Shown here in pieces: positions 17,779-26,339 of a stretch of 64,000 nucleotides of DNA (position 1 is the first letter of the stretch; each line of letters opens with the position of its first letter). This DNA comes from Alphaproteobacteria bacterium. GTDB lineage: Bacteria > Pseudomonadota > Alphaproteobacteria > SP197. Made by a program: the position numbers and the translations under genes. The notes under the pieces were generated by a model, which was not told the origin of the DNA, did no database searches, and was given only the letters and a program-made list of their open reading frames with translations. The stretch spans positions 3,040,001 through 3,104,000 of the forward strand of contig OZ245842.1 in the NCBI GenBank assembly GCA_965228895.1, in the 5' to 3' direction.

Positions 17779-18774
17779 CTAGTCGCGGCAATCGAACGCG
17801 GCCCACAGGGGGTAGTGATCGGACAGCCGGTGCTGCACAACGGACTTCGAGAAACCTTTGTCCTGATAGAGAAACGGCACGAAGTCGACCATGCCGGCGC
17901 TGTCGAACGTCATGTTCAGACGCCGTTTCCTGCCCGACGTGAACCACGCGATCTGGTCATAGTACTTTTCGAGCTGGGCATCGTTGTCATCAGCAAAAAT
18001 CGAGCGCTTAACCTTGTGCAACGCATCGGGCACCTCAAGGCCCGTGCTGGTAAACGCCTTCCATAGCGGGTCGCCATGCCGGTCGATGTTGAAATCGCCG
18101 AGCGCAATGAAGTTCTGGCCATAGGCATTGGCTTGTTTGGCCCAGCGATCGAGCCATTCGGCGATTGCCTTGAGCTCGGGCACCCGCCCGGACGAAGACT
18201 TGCCGAAGTCGACATGAAGCGTCACCAGGGTGAACGTCTCCGAACCCGCCTGAAAACTCACCGCATAGGGCGTACGCGCGAACTGGCGCTGCAGGGCGTC
18301 AGAACCAACCGCGCCCAGTTCCTCTTCCGGCACCACGAGTTCACCGGCGAGACCCGATAGATTGGCCCGCGTCGTATCGAAGATGAAACCCATACGCTCG
18401 CTGTTACCGGCGTTGCCACGGGTGACGTCGGTCATCAAAAACCGCCACGACGGTCCCAGCGTCTTCATCATGGTGCGAAGCGCGCGCAGATCGCCTTTGA
18501 TCTCCTGGATCGCAATGACGTCGAAACGCGAGACGATCTCGGTGATCGCCCACAAACCGCGAAAATCCCGCTTGGGGCTGTCGCTGCCCGATGCCGTCCA
18601 TTTGCGGGTCAACGACGAGAACGCCTTGATGTTCCATGTCGCGATCAGAAGGTTACGGTCGGCCTGGCGCTTCGGCGGGACCGTTGCGTCCAGCTCGGCG
18701 CGCAGCGCCGTCATTTCGTCTTTCACCGCAGCCGGCGAAGCAGCGGCTTGCCATGATGGCAAGGGATCGGACAT
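17779..18774 (-). CDS. Endonuclease/exonuclease/phosphatase (EEP) family protein
   Basis: IATWNI, DVIAIQE, RTPY, LGDFN, YDQI, SDHYP. Confidence 0.9.
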   Translation of the reverse strand: MSDPLPSWQAAASPAAVKDEMTALRAELDATVPPKRQADRNLLIATWNIKAFSSLTRKWTASGSDSPKRDFRGLWAITEIVSRFDVIAIQEIKGDLRALRTMMKTLGPSWRFLMTDVTRGNAGNSERMGFIFDTTRANLSGLAGELVVPEEELGAVGSDALQRQFARTPYAVSFQAGSETFTLVTLHVDFGKSSSGRVPELKAIAEWLDRWAKQANAYGQNFIALGDFNIDRHGDPLWKAFTSTGLEVPDALHKVKRSIFADDNDAQLEKYYDQIAWFTSGRKRRLNMTFDSAGMVDFVPFLYQDKGFSKSVVQHRLSDHYPLWAAFDCRD

Positions 18775-18881
18775 CGGCGGAGCCCCCGGCGGTTCGTATT
18801 GGACCGGGCGTTATGATCGCACGAAATGCCACCGTGACCACCATGACGGCATCCGATACCCGAAACGCAGGTTCGTGCGAG

Positions 18882-19853
18882 TTAGAGGCTCTCGCCGCCG
18901 GCGGCCGGGATCTCCTCGGTGTCGCCATCACCTGTGGCCGCGGAGGCATCGGTGTCATCGGCGCCAAGGCCGTCGGCCTCGCTCGCACCACCGGCCGCTT
19001 GGCTGGGCAGCGGCACCGTCCACTCGCCGTCGACGACGCGGCCCATCTCGAGGATCAGATCGCGCGGCACATCGCCGATCAGGCTGTAGGAGCGTCCGGC
19101 GGTGCGCCAAAAGAGTGCGCTGACCAACCCCTCCTCCATCACCGTCAGGCTCGTCTCGCTGCTTTCCGCATCCGGACTATAGAAGAGTTCGACCCGCCGG
19201 CCGGCTTCGGACTCGTAGACCAGCTGCATCGCGCTCTCGTCGCTTTCCGAGAGCAGCCGGGCGCCAACGAGATTGAAGCCGAACACGCTGAAGTCCGGCG
19301 CGCCGTGCCCAGGCGCCGCTGGTTCGGCCGTACCGTCTTCCAGCACGGTTGTTGTCGCATCCGCAGCCGAACCGTCGTCGGAAACCTGTTGTACCGTGGC
19401 AGCGTCATCACCCTGCCCCGTCGAGAACAGGGCGAAGAGATCCTGATCGGCTGGACCGCCGATCACCGCGCGCAAGCCAACGGCGATCGCGCCCAACATC
19501 ACGACGGCAAAAACGGCGGCAGCGGCAAGCTGCAGGGGCAGCCGCAGCCAGTCGGCGCGATAACCCTGCCGGATCTCGTTGCCCTGGCTGGCCCGTTCGA
19601 TCGCCAAGCCCAGCTCGACATGCTGGGGCGGCAACGGCGCCTCCAGCCGCTTGTCGAACAGGCGATGCAGGTCCTGGCGGATCAGCCGCCCGCTGCGCAC
19701 ATAGGCCGCAGCCTCCGCATCCGCCAGCAGATAGCGTTCGACCGCCTCGCGTTCGGTGTCGTCCAGTTCGCCATCCAGATAGGCATCAAGCACGCCGTCG
19801 CCCCACGGCACCTGTTTGCCGCCCTGGTTCGCGTCCCTGTCGCTTGTGTCCAT
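18882..19853 (-). CDS. Transmembrane anti-sigma factor
   Basis: LDAYLDGEL N-terminal anti-sigma domain, one TM helix, APDFS..GFNLVGARLL...QLVYE...FW periplasmic domain, acidic tail; immediately after the ECF sigma. Confidence 0.87.
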   Translation of the reverse strand: MDTSDRDANQGGKQVPWGDGVLDAYLDGELDDTEREAVERYLLADAEAAAYVRSGRLIRQDLHRLFDKRLEAPLPPQHVELGLAIERASQGNEIRQGYRADWLRLPLQLAAAAVFAVVMLGAIAVGLRAVIGGPADQDLFALFSTGQGDDAATVQQVSDDGSAADATTTVLEDGTAEPAAPGHGAPDFSVFGFNLVGARLLSESDESAMQLVYESEAGRRVELFYSPDAESSETSLTVMEEGLVSALFWRTAGRSYSLIGDVPRDLILEMGRVVDGEWTVPLPSQAAGGASEADGLGADDTDASAATGDGDTEEIPAAGGESL

Positions 19854-19854
19854 A

Positions 19855-20412
19855 TCAGTTGATCTCCGCCAGCTTCGGCCGTTCAGCCTTGTCCATGCCG
19901 TTCATCAGTGCGCGGCGTGCCCGCGACAGCCGCGACATCACCGTACCGATCGGGATATCCAGGATGTCAGCAGTCTGCCGGTAACTGAACCCTTCCAGAC
20001 ATACGAGTAGAATCACGGCTCTTTGTTCCATGGGCAGCCGCGATATGGCCAAAAAAAGTTCGTTGAGCTGCACCGCGTGTTCCTGGTTGGCGGCGACCGG
20101 CAGTTCCATGGTCAGGTCTTCCATGGCGATGTGGTCGCCGTCACGGCCGTAGCGCAGTTGCGACACCCTGACATTGTGCAGGATGGTGAAGAGATAGCCG
20201 CGCATGTTGCGAATCTTGCGGCCATCGCGCATCGCGGCCAGCCCACGCTGCAAGGTTTCCTGCACCAGATCATCGGCATCGGCGCTGTTGCCGACCAGCG
20301 ATAGCGCGTAACGGCGAAGCCCTGCGATGCTGCTGCGTAGTTCGTCGGACAAGGATTGCAAGAAGCTGCCCCCGTTCCCCAGCGTTGGCGAACGGGTAGC
20401 TTGGTCTGGCAT
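19855..20412 (-). CDS. ECF RNA polymerase sigma factor (ECF26/PrtI-like)
   Basis: LRRYALSL..ADADDLVQET; LFTILHN; LP.EQR...EGFSY..ADILDIPIGTVMSRLSRAR; start uncertain. Confidence 0.92.
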   Translation of the reverse strand: MPDQATRSPTLGNGGSFLQSLSDELRSSIAGLRRYALSLVGNSADADDLVQETLQRGLAAMRDGRKIRNMRGYLFTILHNVRVSQLRYGRDGDHIAMEDLTMELPVAANQEHAVQLNELFLAISRLPMEQRAVILLVCLEGFSYRQTADILDIPIGTVMSRLSRARRALMNGMDKAERPKLAEIN

Positions 20413-20469
20413 TGGGTAGAGAATGTGGCAAGGCGTGCCGAGGTCGCACTTTTTTTGCCGCGGCACGAT

Positions 20470-20494
20470 GACGCAACACCATCGACTCTATTCC
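20470..20494 (-). promoter_or_regulatory. Putative ECF promoter for the sigma gene (GGAATAGA-N10-TTGCGTC)
   Basis: GGAA-type -35 and CGTC-type -10; twin motif on the opposite strand at 20656. Confidence 0.55.
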
Positions 20495-20655
20495 CGAAAA
20501 ATAAAGTTCGCGGCGCGCGTGCCTCTCGACAAGACATCGCATCGTTTTTCGATGCTGCGTCAACGTCAACCGATCCGCGGCTGAGCGCATCGCCGGCTGC
20601 CTTTTGCTCGGCTGGTTGATGGAGGTGGCTGCAGAACTTCTTTTCGCGCGGTTCA

Positions 20656-20681
20656 GGAATAGACGGCGAAGACTTGCACTC
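20656..20681 (+). promoter_or_regulatory. Putative ECF promoter for the repeat-protein operon (GGAATAGA-N10-TTGCACTC)
   Basis: Same 8-mer, spacing and TTGC as the divergent motif. Confidence 0.55.
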
Positions 20682-20811
20682 CATGGGGTGACAGGTCGCA
20701 TCAACGCGATCGGCCACGTCGCCCAGCGAGCCAACCCATCGCCAGGTGAACGAATCGAAAGGATGCGGCCTGTCGTCTTTCATAGCGAACCGCAGCGAAG
20801 GAATGGATTTC

Positions 20812-22671
20812 ATGCGCCTCAAAGACCTACTTCTGACGGCCAGTGTCAGCGCCGCCGCACTCGGACTGGGAACCGCCCATGCTGGTCAGCTTCTGATCGG
20901 CGGCATGGACGCGATCGACGTCCCCCAACAAAACGCCCTTTTCCTCGCCCAAGCGGATGCCGACGGCGGCGACGCTGGCGGTGATGGCGGCGGCGACGGT
21001 GGCGACGCCGGGGGCGGCGATGCCGGAGGCGACTCTGGCGGCAGCGATGGCGGCGGCGACGCTGACGGCGGTGGCGATAGCGGTGGTGGTGACGCCGATG
21101 GTGGCGGCGATGCAGACGGCGGCGCCGGCGACTCAGGCGGTGAGAGCGGCGGCGACGCCGGTGCCAGTACCGGCGGCAATGCTTCGGCCAGCGGCAACAG
21201 CTCAGCGAGCGGCGGCAATGCCTCCGCGTCGGCCAGCGCATCCGCCAGTGCCGGCGGCGGTTCGGCCGGCGCCGAAGCCGAGGGCTCGGCATCCGGCGAC
21301 AACGCGTCAGCCGGCGCCAATGCCAGCGCGGGCGTATCCGGCGATGGCGATGGTGCCTCCGCGGACGCCGGTGCTTCGGCCTCGGCCGATGGCGACGGGG
21401 CATCGGCCGGCACATCGGCCAGTGCGGATGCCGGAACCGACGGTGACGGTGCGTCGGCCAGCGCCGATACCGGTGCATCCGCATCGGTCGACGGTGCCGG
21501 CACGGCCAGCGCATCGAGTGATGCCAGCGCCAGCGCGTCTGTCGGGGATAGCGGCGGCAGTGCCGAGGCCTCGGGCGATGCCACCGGCGACGTTGCCGGC
21601 AACGGCTCGACCGAAACCGGCACCGAGCTCAGCGCGTCGACCGGCGGCAGTTCGGCAAGCGTCGACACAACATCGAGCGCCAGCGGCGGCACATCAGCCA
21701 ATGCCTCGAGCAGCGGTGATGCGTTCTCATCGTCCAATGGCGATGTCGCGATTAGCGGCGCATTGGGTAGCGCGGATGCGGATGCCGAAGGCGATGGCGC
21801 AACCGCTTCGGTCGGCGTCGATACGTCCGCTGGTGCCAGTGCAAGCGACACGTCGATCGACACCGGAAGCTGGAGCGGCGCCGATGCTTCAGCTGACGGC
21901 GACGGAGTAGCATCCGCTTCGGCGTCAGGCGCATCGGTCGCCGCAGCCATCGACGGCGAAGCTGTTGGCGGTTCGATCGGCACAGCGACCAGCAGCGCGG
22001 AAGGGGAAGATCCGTCAGCGTCGTCGGACGTCAAGACGGGTGTCGAGATCTCCGTCGATGACAGCACGGTGGCCGAGGCCAATGCCATGGCCGCCGCGAG
22101 TGCCGCGGTCGAAGGCGAAGGTGCGGTCGAAACGTCGGCAGCCGGCAGCAGCGAGGCGTCCTATCAGGACGGTGAGGCCAGTGCCGATGCTGAGGCCGAA
22201 GCCGAGGCGAGCGCCCAGGCGCAAGCCGACGACGCCGATGACGGCGTGCCGACGGCATCAGCCCAGGCGACCGCAACCGCAGTCGCCTCCGTCACCAACG
22301 ATGACGGGACGACCGTGACCGCGACAGCCATGGCGACCGCCATGGCCGAAGCAGTCGGCAATGCCAGTGCGGCAGCCCAAGCAGCGGCCAGTGCAGCGGC
22401 CCATGCCGAGGGGGCCTCGTCTGCCACGGCGGCAGCGGAGGCCGCGGCCCAGGCCGGCGCCGCAGCCAGTGCGGCCGCCCAAGCGGCAGCACAAGCCCGG
22501 TCGCTCGCCGACACGATGGGCACGGCCGAAGCCCACGCCCAGGCACAGGCGGCAGCCAAGGCGGCGCTGAGCGCCGAGGCCAATGCCGAAGCGGCGGCGG
22601 ACGCAGCAACCGTCGTTGTCGGCAGCCTCGCCGGCGCATCCGCAAGCGTCGATGGGGTGGCTGCTCCGTGA
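20812..22671 (+). CDS. Secreted Ala/Ser/Gly/Asp-rich low-complexity repeat protein, unknown function
   Basis: AAGGA RBS; signal peptide MRLKDLLLTASVSAAALGLGTAHA; GGD repeats, (AS)n strands with DG turns, Ala-rich C-terminus; GC-rich third positions. Confidence 0.8.
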   Translation: MRLKDLLLTASVSAAALGLGTAHAGQLLIGGMDAIDVPQQNALFLAQADADGGDAGGDGGGDGGDAGGGDAGGDSGGSDGGGDADGGGDSGGGDADGGGDADGGAGDSGGESGGDAGASTGGNASASGNSSASGGNASASASASASAGGGSAGAEAEGSASGDNASAGANASAGVSGDGDGASADAGASASADGDGASAGTSASADAGTDGDGASASADTGASASVDGAGTASASSDASASASVGDSGGSAEASGDATGDVAGNGSTETGTELSASTGGSSASVDTTSSASGGTSANASSSGDAFSSSNGDVAISGALGSADADAEGDGATASVGVDTSAGASASDTSIDTGSWSGADASADGDGVASASASGASVAAAIDGEAVGGSIGTATSSAEGEDPSASSDVKTGVEISVDDSTVAEANAMAAASAAVEGEGAVETSAAGSSEASYQDGEASADAEAEAEASAQAQADDADDGVPTASAQATATAVASVTNDDGTTVTATAMATAMAEAVGNASAAAQAAASAAAHAEGASSATAAAEAAAQAGAAASAAAQAAAQARSLADTMGTAEAHAQAQAAAKAALSAEANAEAAADAATVVVGSLAGASASVDGVAAP

Positions 22672-22737
22672 CGGCCCGCGTGGCCGTGAGCCCGGACGAT
22701 GGTGAACCCTGAGTCGCCTTGTCCGGCTCCCCGTAGA

Positions 22738-22768
22738 GGTGGCCGGCGGGTTCGCCCCGCCGGCCACC
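22738..22768 (+). terminator. 13-bp GC stem-loop between the repeat-protein gene and the next gene (stabiliser or leaky terminator)
   Basis: GGTGGCCGGCGGG-TTCGC-CCCGCCGGCCACC, no U-tract. Confidence 0.55.
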
Positions 22769-22809
22769 GATGCGGCACCACCCGACAACCAAAAAGCCGG
22801 AGAGAACCC

Positions 22810-23196
22810 ATGAAGACCCATCACACCACCCGCCTGGTCGCCACGACCCGTGGTCTGACGATTGCCGCGATGCTGCTGATCGGCAGCGCGGCCGCCCTGT
22901 TCGCCGCGTCGAGCTGGGCCGACGACGCAATCACGGTCGATAGCCTGGAGGACGTCACCACCATGACCGCAGACGAAACGGACACATCGACCAGCGCCTC
23001 GGCTTCCGCCAGCGCCGGCACCACCATCACGTCGGATAAAAAGGCGGATTGCGCCGCCCATGCGACCGCCACTGCGAGCGCCACGGCAGACGGCGAAACC
23101 AGTTATCAGCACGACGAGGATCATGCCGCCAGCCAAGACGGCGGCTGTAACGCCGAGGCCAACGCGTCGGCGACGGCAACCAGCCAATCCGACTGA
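22810..23196 (+). CDS. Small secreted protein with (AS/AT)n strands and two Cys
   Basis: GGAG RBS; signal ending SWA; SASASASA, AHATATASATA, AEANASATAT. Confidence 0.72.
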   Translation: MKTHHTTRLVATTRGLTIAAMLLIGSAAALFAASSWADDAITVDSLEDVTTMTADETDTSTSASASASAGTTITSDKKADCAAHATATASATADGETSYQHDEDHAASQDGGCNAEANASATATSQSD

Positions 23197-23314
23197 CGCG
23201 GATGACGCCCGCGGCGCGGTGATCGTCGCGTGATCCCCTGGTCATGCCACCGCGCACTGGGCGTCTCCGCTAACGGGGAGCCGGATCGGCTAAACATGCT
23301 CAGGAGCACGAACC

Positions 23315-24250
23315 ATGTTTCATCACGCTGTTGGAACACGCGGTCTTATCGCCGTGTGCCTTATCACCCTTCTCCAGGCTTGCAGTTCGGCACCGCCGGA
23401 CGCGCACCTTGTCCCTGACAATCCCGGCCTTTACGCCATCCGCGCCGATGAGTCCGTCCGCCTTGACGGCGATGCGGCCTGGGAGAATCAGAGCTGGGGA
23501 TGGCGCTCGACCATGCCCGAACAAACACAATTCGTCGTCTACGCGCCCGGCGAGAACCTCGCCAGCCAGCCGTCTGAGAAGATCTTCTTGCGCAAGGTCG
23601 CGTGGGTGCGCAGTCAGGTTTCCGCCGGCGGCGACATCATGCCGACCACCGGCAGCCAGTGGGACGTGCCGATCAGCGACGACTATCTGGTGCCGGTCAC
23701 CTACAGCATCATCGCGGGCCGCGCCGACACCATTCGCGTCGCGCCGCAGCAGCCTCTCGCACCCGGTCTTTATGCGCTTCAACTACGCGGCGGTGAGGTG
23801 CGCAACGCGCGCCTCGGTGTCAACTGGCCGAACATCGATCAAGACACCTACGCGGCCGCCCACTGTGTCGATCACTATCAGGACGGCACCGGCACCTATC
23901 GTCTGGAACCGTGCAACGACCAGCAACCGCAGTTGGCGGCGGCGAACGACCTGGCCGGCAACGGATTGGAGATCCAACTGGCCAACCCGACGACCGAAGT
24001 GGTCGGCGGTGTGACGACGCTTGTCATCCAGGGTGTCGTCACCAGCAGCAGCGACCGCGTCCAGCCGATCCCACTGTTGAATGCCGAGTTGCTGGATGGC
24101 GCCGGGCAGATGCTGACCAAGTGGCGCATCGTGCCGCCGGCAATCGAGATCGCGCCGGGCCAGACCGTCGCCTTCGAAACCCGCGCGCCGAGCCTGCCCG
24201 AAGGCACCGAGACGGTGAATGTAACCTTTAACGGAGCCCCGGCGAGTTAG
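23315..24250 (+). CDS. Lipoprotein with C-terminal DUF3426-like Ig-fold domain
   Basis: AGGAG RBS; lipobox LQAC; LVIQGVV...P.L...L.D..G..L..W....IAPGQ...F. Confidence 0.72.
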   Translation: MFHHAVGTRGLIAVCLITLLQACSSAPPDAHLVPDNPGLYAIRADESVRLDGDAAWENQSWGWRSTMPEQTQFVVYAPGENLASQPSEKIFLRKVAWVRSQVSAGGDIMPTTGSQWDVPISDDYLVPVTYSIIAGRADTIRVAPQQPLAPGLYALQLRGGEVRNARLGVNWPNIDQDTYAAAHCVDHYQDGTGTYRLEPCNDQQPQLAAANDLAGNGLEIQLANPTTEVVGGVTTLVIQGVVTSSSDRVQPIPLLNAELLDGAGQMLTKWRIVPPAIEIAPGQTVAFETRAPSLPEGTETVNVTFNGAPAS

Positions 24251-24383
24251 AGCAGATCCCAATTGATTGGATCGCTACGCGATGAAATCAACTTGGGTGA
24301 GTCTGCTCTACATCTGAATAGCGATCGGATTCACACGACTTGATTGAACAGCAATGCGGTTCAATCAAGTCGTGATCCGATCG
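24247..24383 (+). repeat. Double-hairpin intergenic repeat element, copy B
   Basis: TAGAGCAGAT...GTCTGCTCTA plus stem ACGACTTGATTGAAC/GTTCAATCAAGTCGT; begins at the TAG stop of the lipoprotein gene. Confidence 0.8.
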
Positions 24384-24409
24384 GGCCGCGCCCACTGACT
24401 CGCTGATGC

Positions 24410-24443
24410 TGGCGGGCCGCGGACTAGGAACTGCGGCCCGCCA
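24410..24443. terminator. GC-rich stem-loop, probable terminator
   Basis: TGGCGGGCCGCGG-N8-CTGCGGCCCGCCA followed by a pyrimidine tract. Confidence 0.55.
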
Positions 24444-24650
24444 CCTCTCTTTCCCAGCGTTACTTCTCGATGATGAAGGAGACGCCGAAGCAGCGTCGCT
24501 TGCCGTCGAGCTCGTCGATGAACTTGCAGGTGCATGGCTCTCCAGCGTTGCCGCCTGCCGTCACAAAGCCGTCACGACCACTTGCTCTCGCGACAAACCA
24601 GGCACGACAGACCCTTTACATCTGTATAAGGCTGGGCGATCATCTCATAT

Positions 24651-25220
24651 ATGAGAAATCCTCCCGGCCATGAGTCTCACCTCGACGACCGCATCGCCAA
24701 CCGGCTGAAGGCGCTGCGGGTCGAACGCGGCTGGTCGCTGGATGAGCTGGCGGCGCGCTGCGGCGTCAGCCGGGCGACCCTGTCACGCCTGGAAAACGGC
24801 GAGGTCAGCCCGACCGCCTCGGTGCTGGGCAAGCTGTGCGCCAGCTACGGGCTCGCCATGTCGCGGCTGATGGCCGAGGTCGAGACCGACTTCGCGCCAT
24901 TGGTACGCCACGACGACCAGACCGTCTGGCAGGATCCGGAAACCGGTTTCGTGCGGCGCTCCGTCTCGCCGCCGGCACAGACACTGGGCGCCGAGGTCCT
25001 GCATTGCCACCTGCCGGCCGGCACGCAGATCGCCTACCGCGATCCGCCCCGGCCCGGGCTGGAACATCATCTGGTCATGCTGACCGGGACGCTGACCCTG
25101 ACCGTCGGCGGCACCGCCTATGCGCTTACCAAAGGCGACTGCCTGCGCTACCAGCTTCACGGGCCCGGCATCTTCGAAACCGGCAAGAAACCAGCGACCT
25201 ACATACTGGTCGTGTTGTGA
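24651..25220 (+). CDS. XRE-family HTH regulator with cupin domain
   Basis: LKALRVERGWSLDELAARCGVSRATLSRLENGEVSPT; C-terminal cupin G.L.L...L..GDCLRY. Confidence 0.92.
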   Translation: MRNPPGHESHLDDRIANRLKALRVERGWSLDELAARCGVSRATLSRLENGEVSPTASVLGKLCASYGLAMSRLMAEVETDFAPLVRHDDQTVWQDPETGFVRRSVSPPAQTLGAEVLHCHLPAGTQIAYRDPPRPGLEHHLVMLTGTLTLTVGGTAYALTKGDCLRYQLHGPGIFETGKKPATYILVVL

Positions 25221-25226
25221 GGCGCC

Positions 25227-25757
25227 GTGGCTGATCCGGACATCAACATCGCGACGCTGACACCCGATGATTACGCCGACCACGAGACAGTCTTGGCCGA
25301 ACTGCTGCGCGACTGCGTCGCCACCGGCGCCAGCGTCAACTTCGTCATGCCGTTCGGCCTCGATGACAGCCTCGCCTACTGGCGTGACAAGGTGTCGCCT
25401 GCGGTGCAGGCCGGTCATCGCGACGTGTTCACCGCCCATGTTGCCGGCCGCCTTGCCGGCACCGTACAGTTGGATTTCGGCACGCCGCCCAACCAGCCAC
25501 ATCGCGCGGATGTGTCGAAGCTCTTGGTACATCCGGACTACCGCCGCCAGGGGATCGCCCGCGCGCTGATGATGGCGTTGGAGGAAAACGCCAGCCAACG
25601 AGGGCGGCGCCTCCTGACCCTGGATACCGCGACCGACGACGCGGAAGCGCTTTATCGTTCCCTCGGCTATCAGCGCTCCGGCGTCATTCCGGGCTACGCC
25701 CTGGACGCCGCCGGTGAACACTTCCTCGACACGATCATCATGTACAAGACGCTCTAA
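25227..25757 (+). CDS. GNAT N-acetyltransferase
   Basis: GASVNF, NQPHRADVSKLLVHPDYRRQGIAR, LLTLDT, LYRSLGY. Confidence 0.92.
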   Translation: MADPDINIATLTPDDYADHETVLAELLRDCVATGASVNFVMPFGLDDSLAYWRDKVSPAVQAGHRDVFTAHVAGRLAGTVQLDFGTPPNQPHRADVSKLLVHPDYRRQGIARALMMALEENASQRGRRLLTLDTATDDAEALYRSLGYQRSGVIPGYALDAAGEHFLDTIIMYKTL

Positions 25758-25763
25758 CAGCCG

Positions 25764-26219
25764 ATGTCGCCCTATGCGCCCCTGGTGATAATCGTGGCGG
25801 CAGCCATCGGCGGCGGTCTGCTGGCCGCGCAAGGGCCGATCTTCGCGCGCATGGCCATTCATGCCGGCGGCGCGCTACAGGCCGGTATGATCGCGTTCGG
25901 TCTGGGCTTCCTGGCGCTGATGGTCCTTTACGTCGTGACCGGAGGCACGCTTCCCAGGCTCGACGATCTCAGAACCGCGCCGGGATGGGTCTGGTTCGGT
26001 GGCGTGATCGGCGCGGCCATGGTGTTGCTGTCGATCGTTGCCGTACCGCGCATCGGTGTCGGCACCTTCATGGCTGCTGTGCTGTGCGGTCAGCTGTTCG
26101 CCGCCATCTTCTATGACCATGTGGGGGCATTCGGCCTGCCGACGAACGCCATCGATACCTCGAAGATTATCGGTGCCGGCCTGCTGCTTGCAGGCGCCTA
26201 TCTGATCATCCACGACTAA
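25764..26219 (+). CDS. DMT family transporter (YdcZ/DUF606)
   Basis: Q...A.., P.W.W.GG..GA, PRIG, GQL..A...DH.G.FG. Confidence 0.88.
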   Translation: MSPYAPLVIIVAAAIGGGLLAAQGPIFARMAIHAGGALQAGMIAFGLGFLALMVLYVVTGGTLPRLDDLRTAPGWVWFGGVIGAAMVLLSIVAVPRIGVGTFMAAVLCGQLFAAIFYDHVGAFGLPTNAIDTSKIIGAGLLLAGAYLIIHD

Positions 26220-26339
26220 GCTACGACCTCGTACCTCGGGGCGGAGACGGATTTATGTCTCGCAGCGGCGCCATGACACTGGACGAAACGGCCGGGATGC
26301 GGCTTCATGGCGCCAACAACCGGGGAGCGCGCGCCAAGC

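Noticed and set aside
20955-21165. GGCGGCGAC-type tandem repeats as a CRISPR array or VNTR
   Set aside because: In-frame degenerate codon repeats with no constant repeat/unique spacer pattern; no cas genes in the window.
20846-22318. Arg-rich and Pro/Ser-rich alternative-frame ORFs over the repeat gene
   Set aside because: By-products of GGC/GCC repeats; only the 20812 frame has an RBS, signal peptide and GC-rich third positions.
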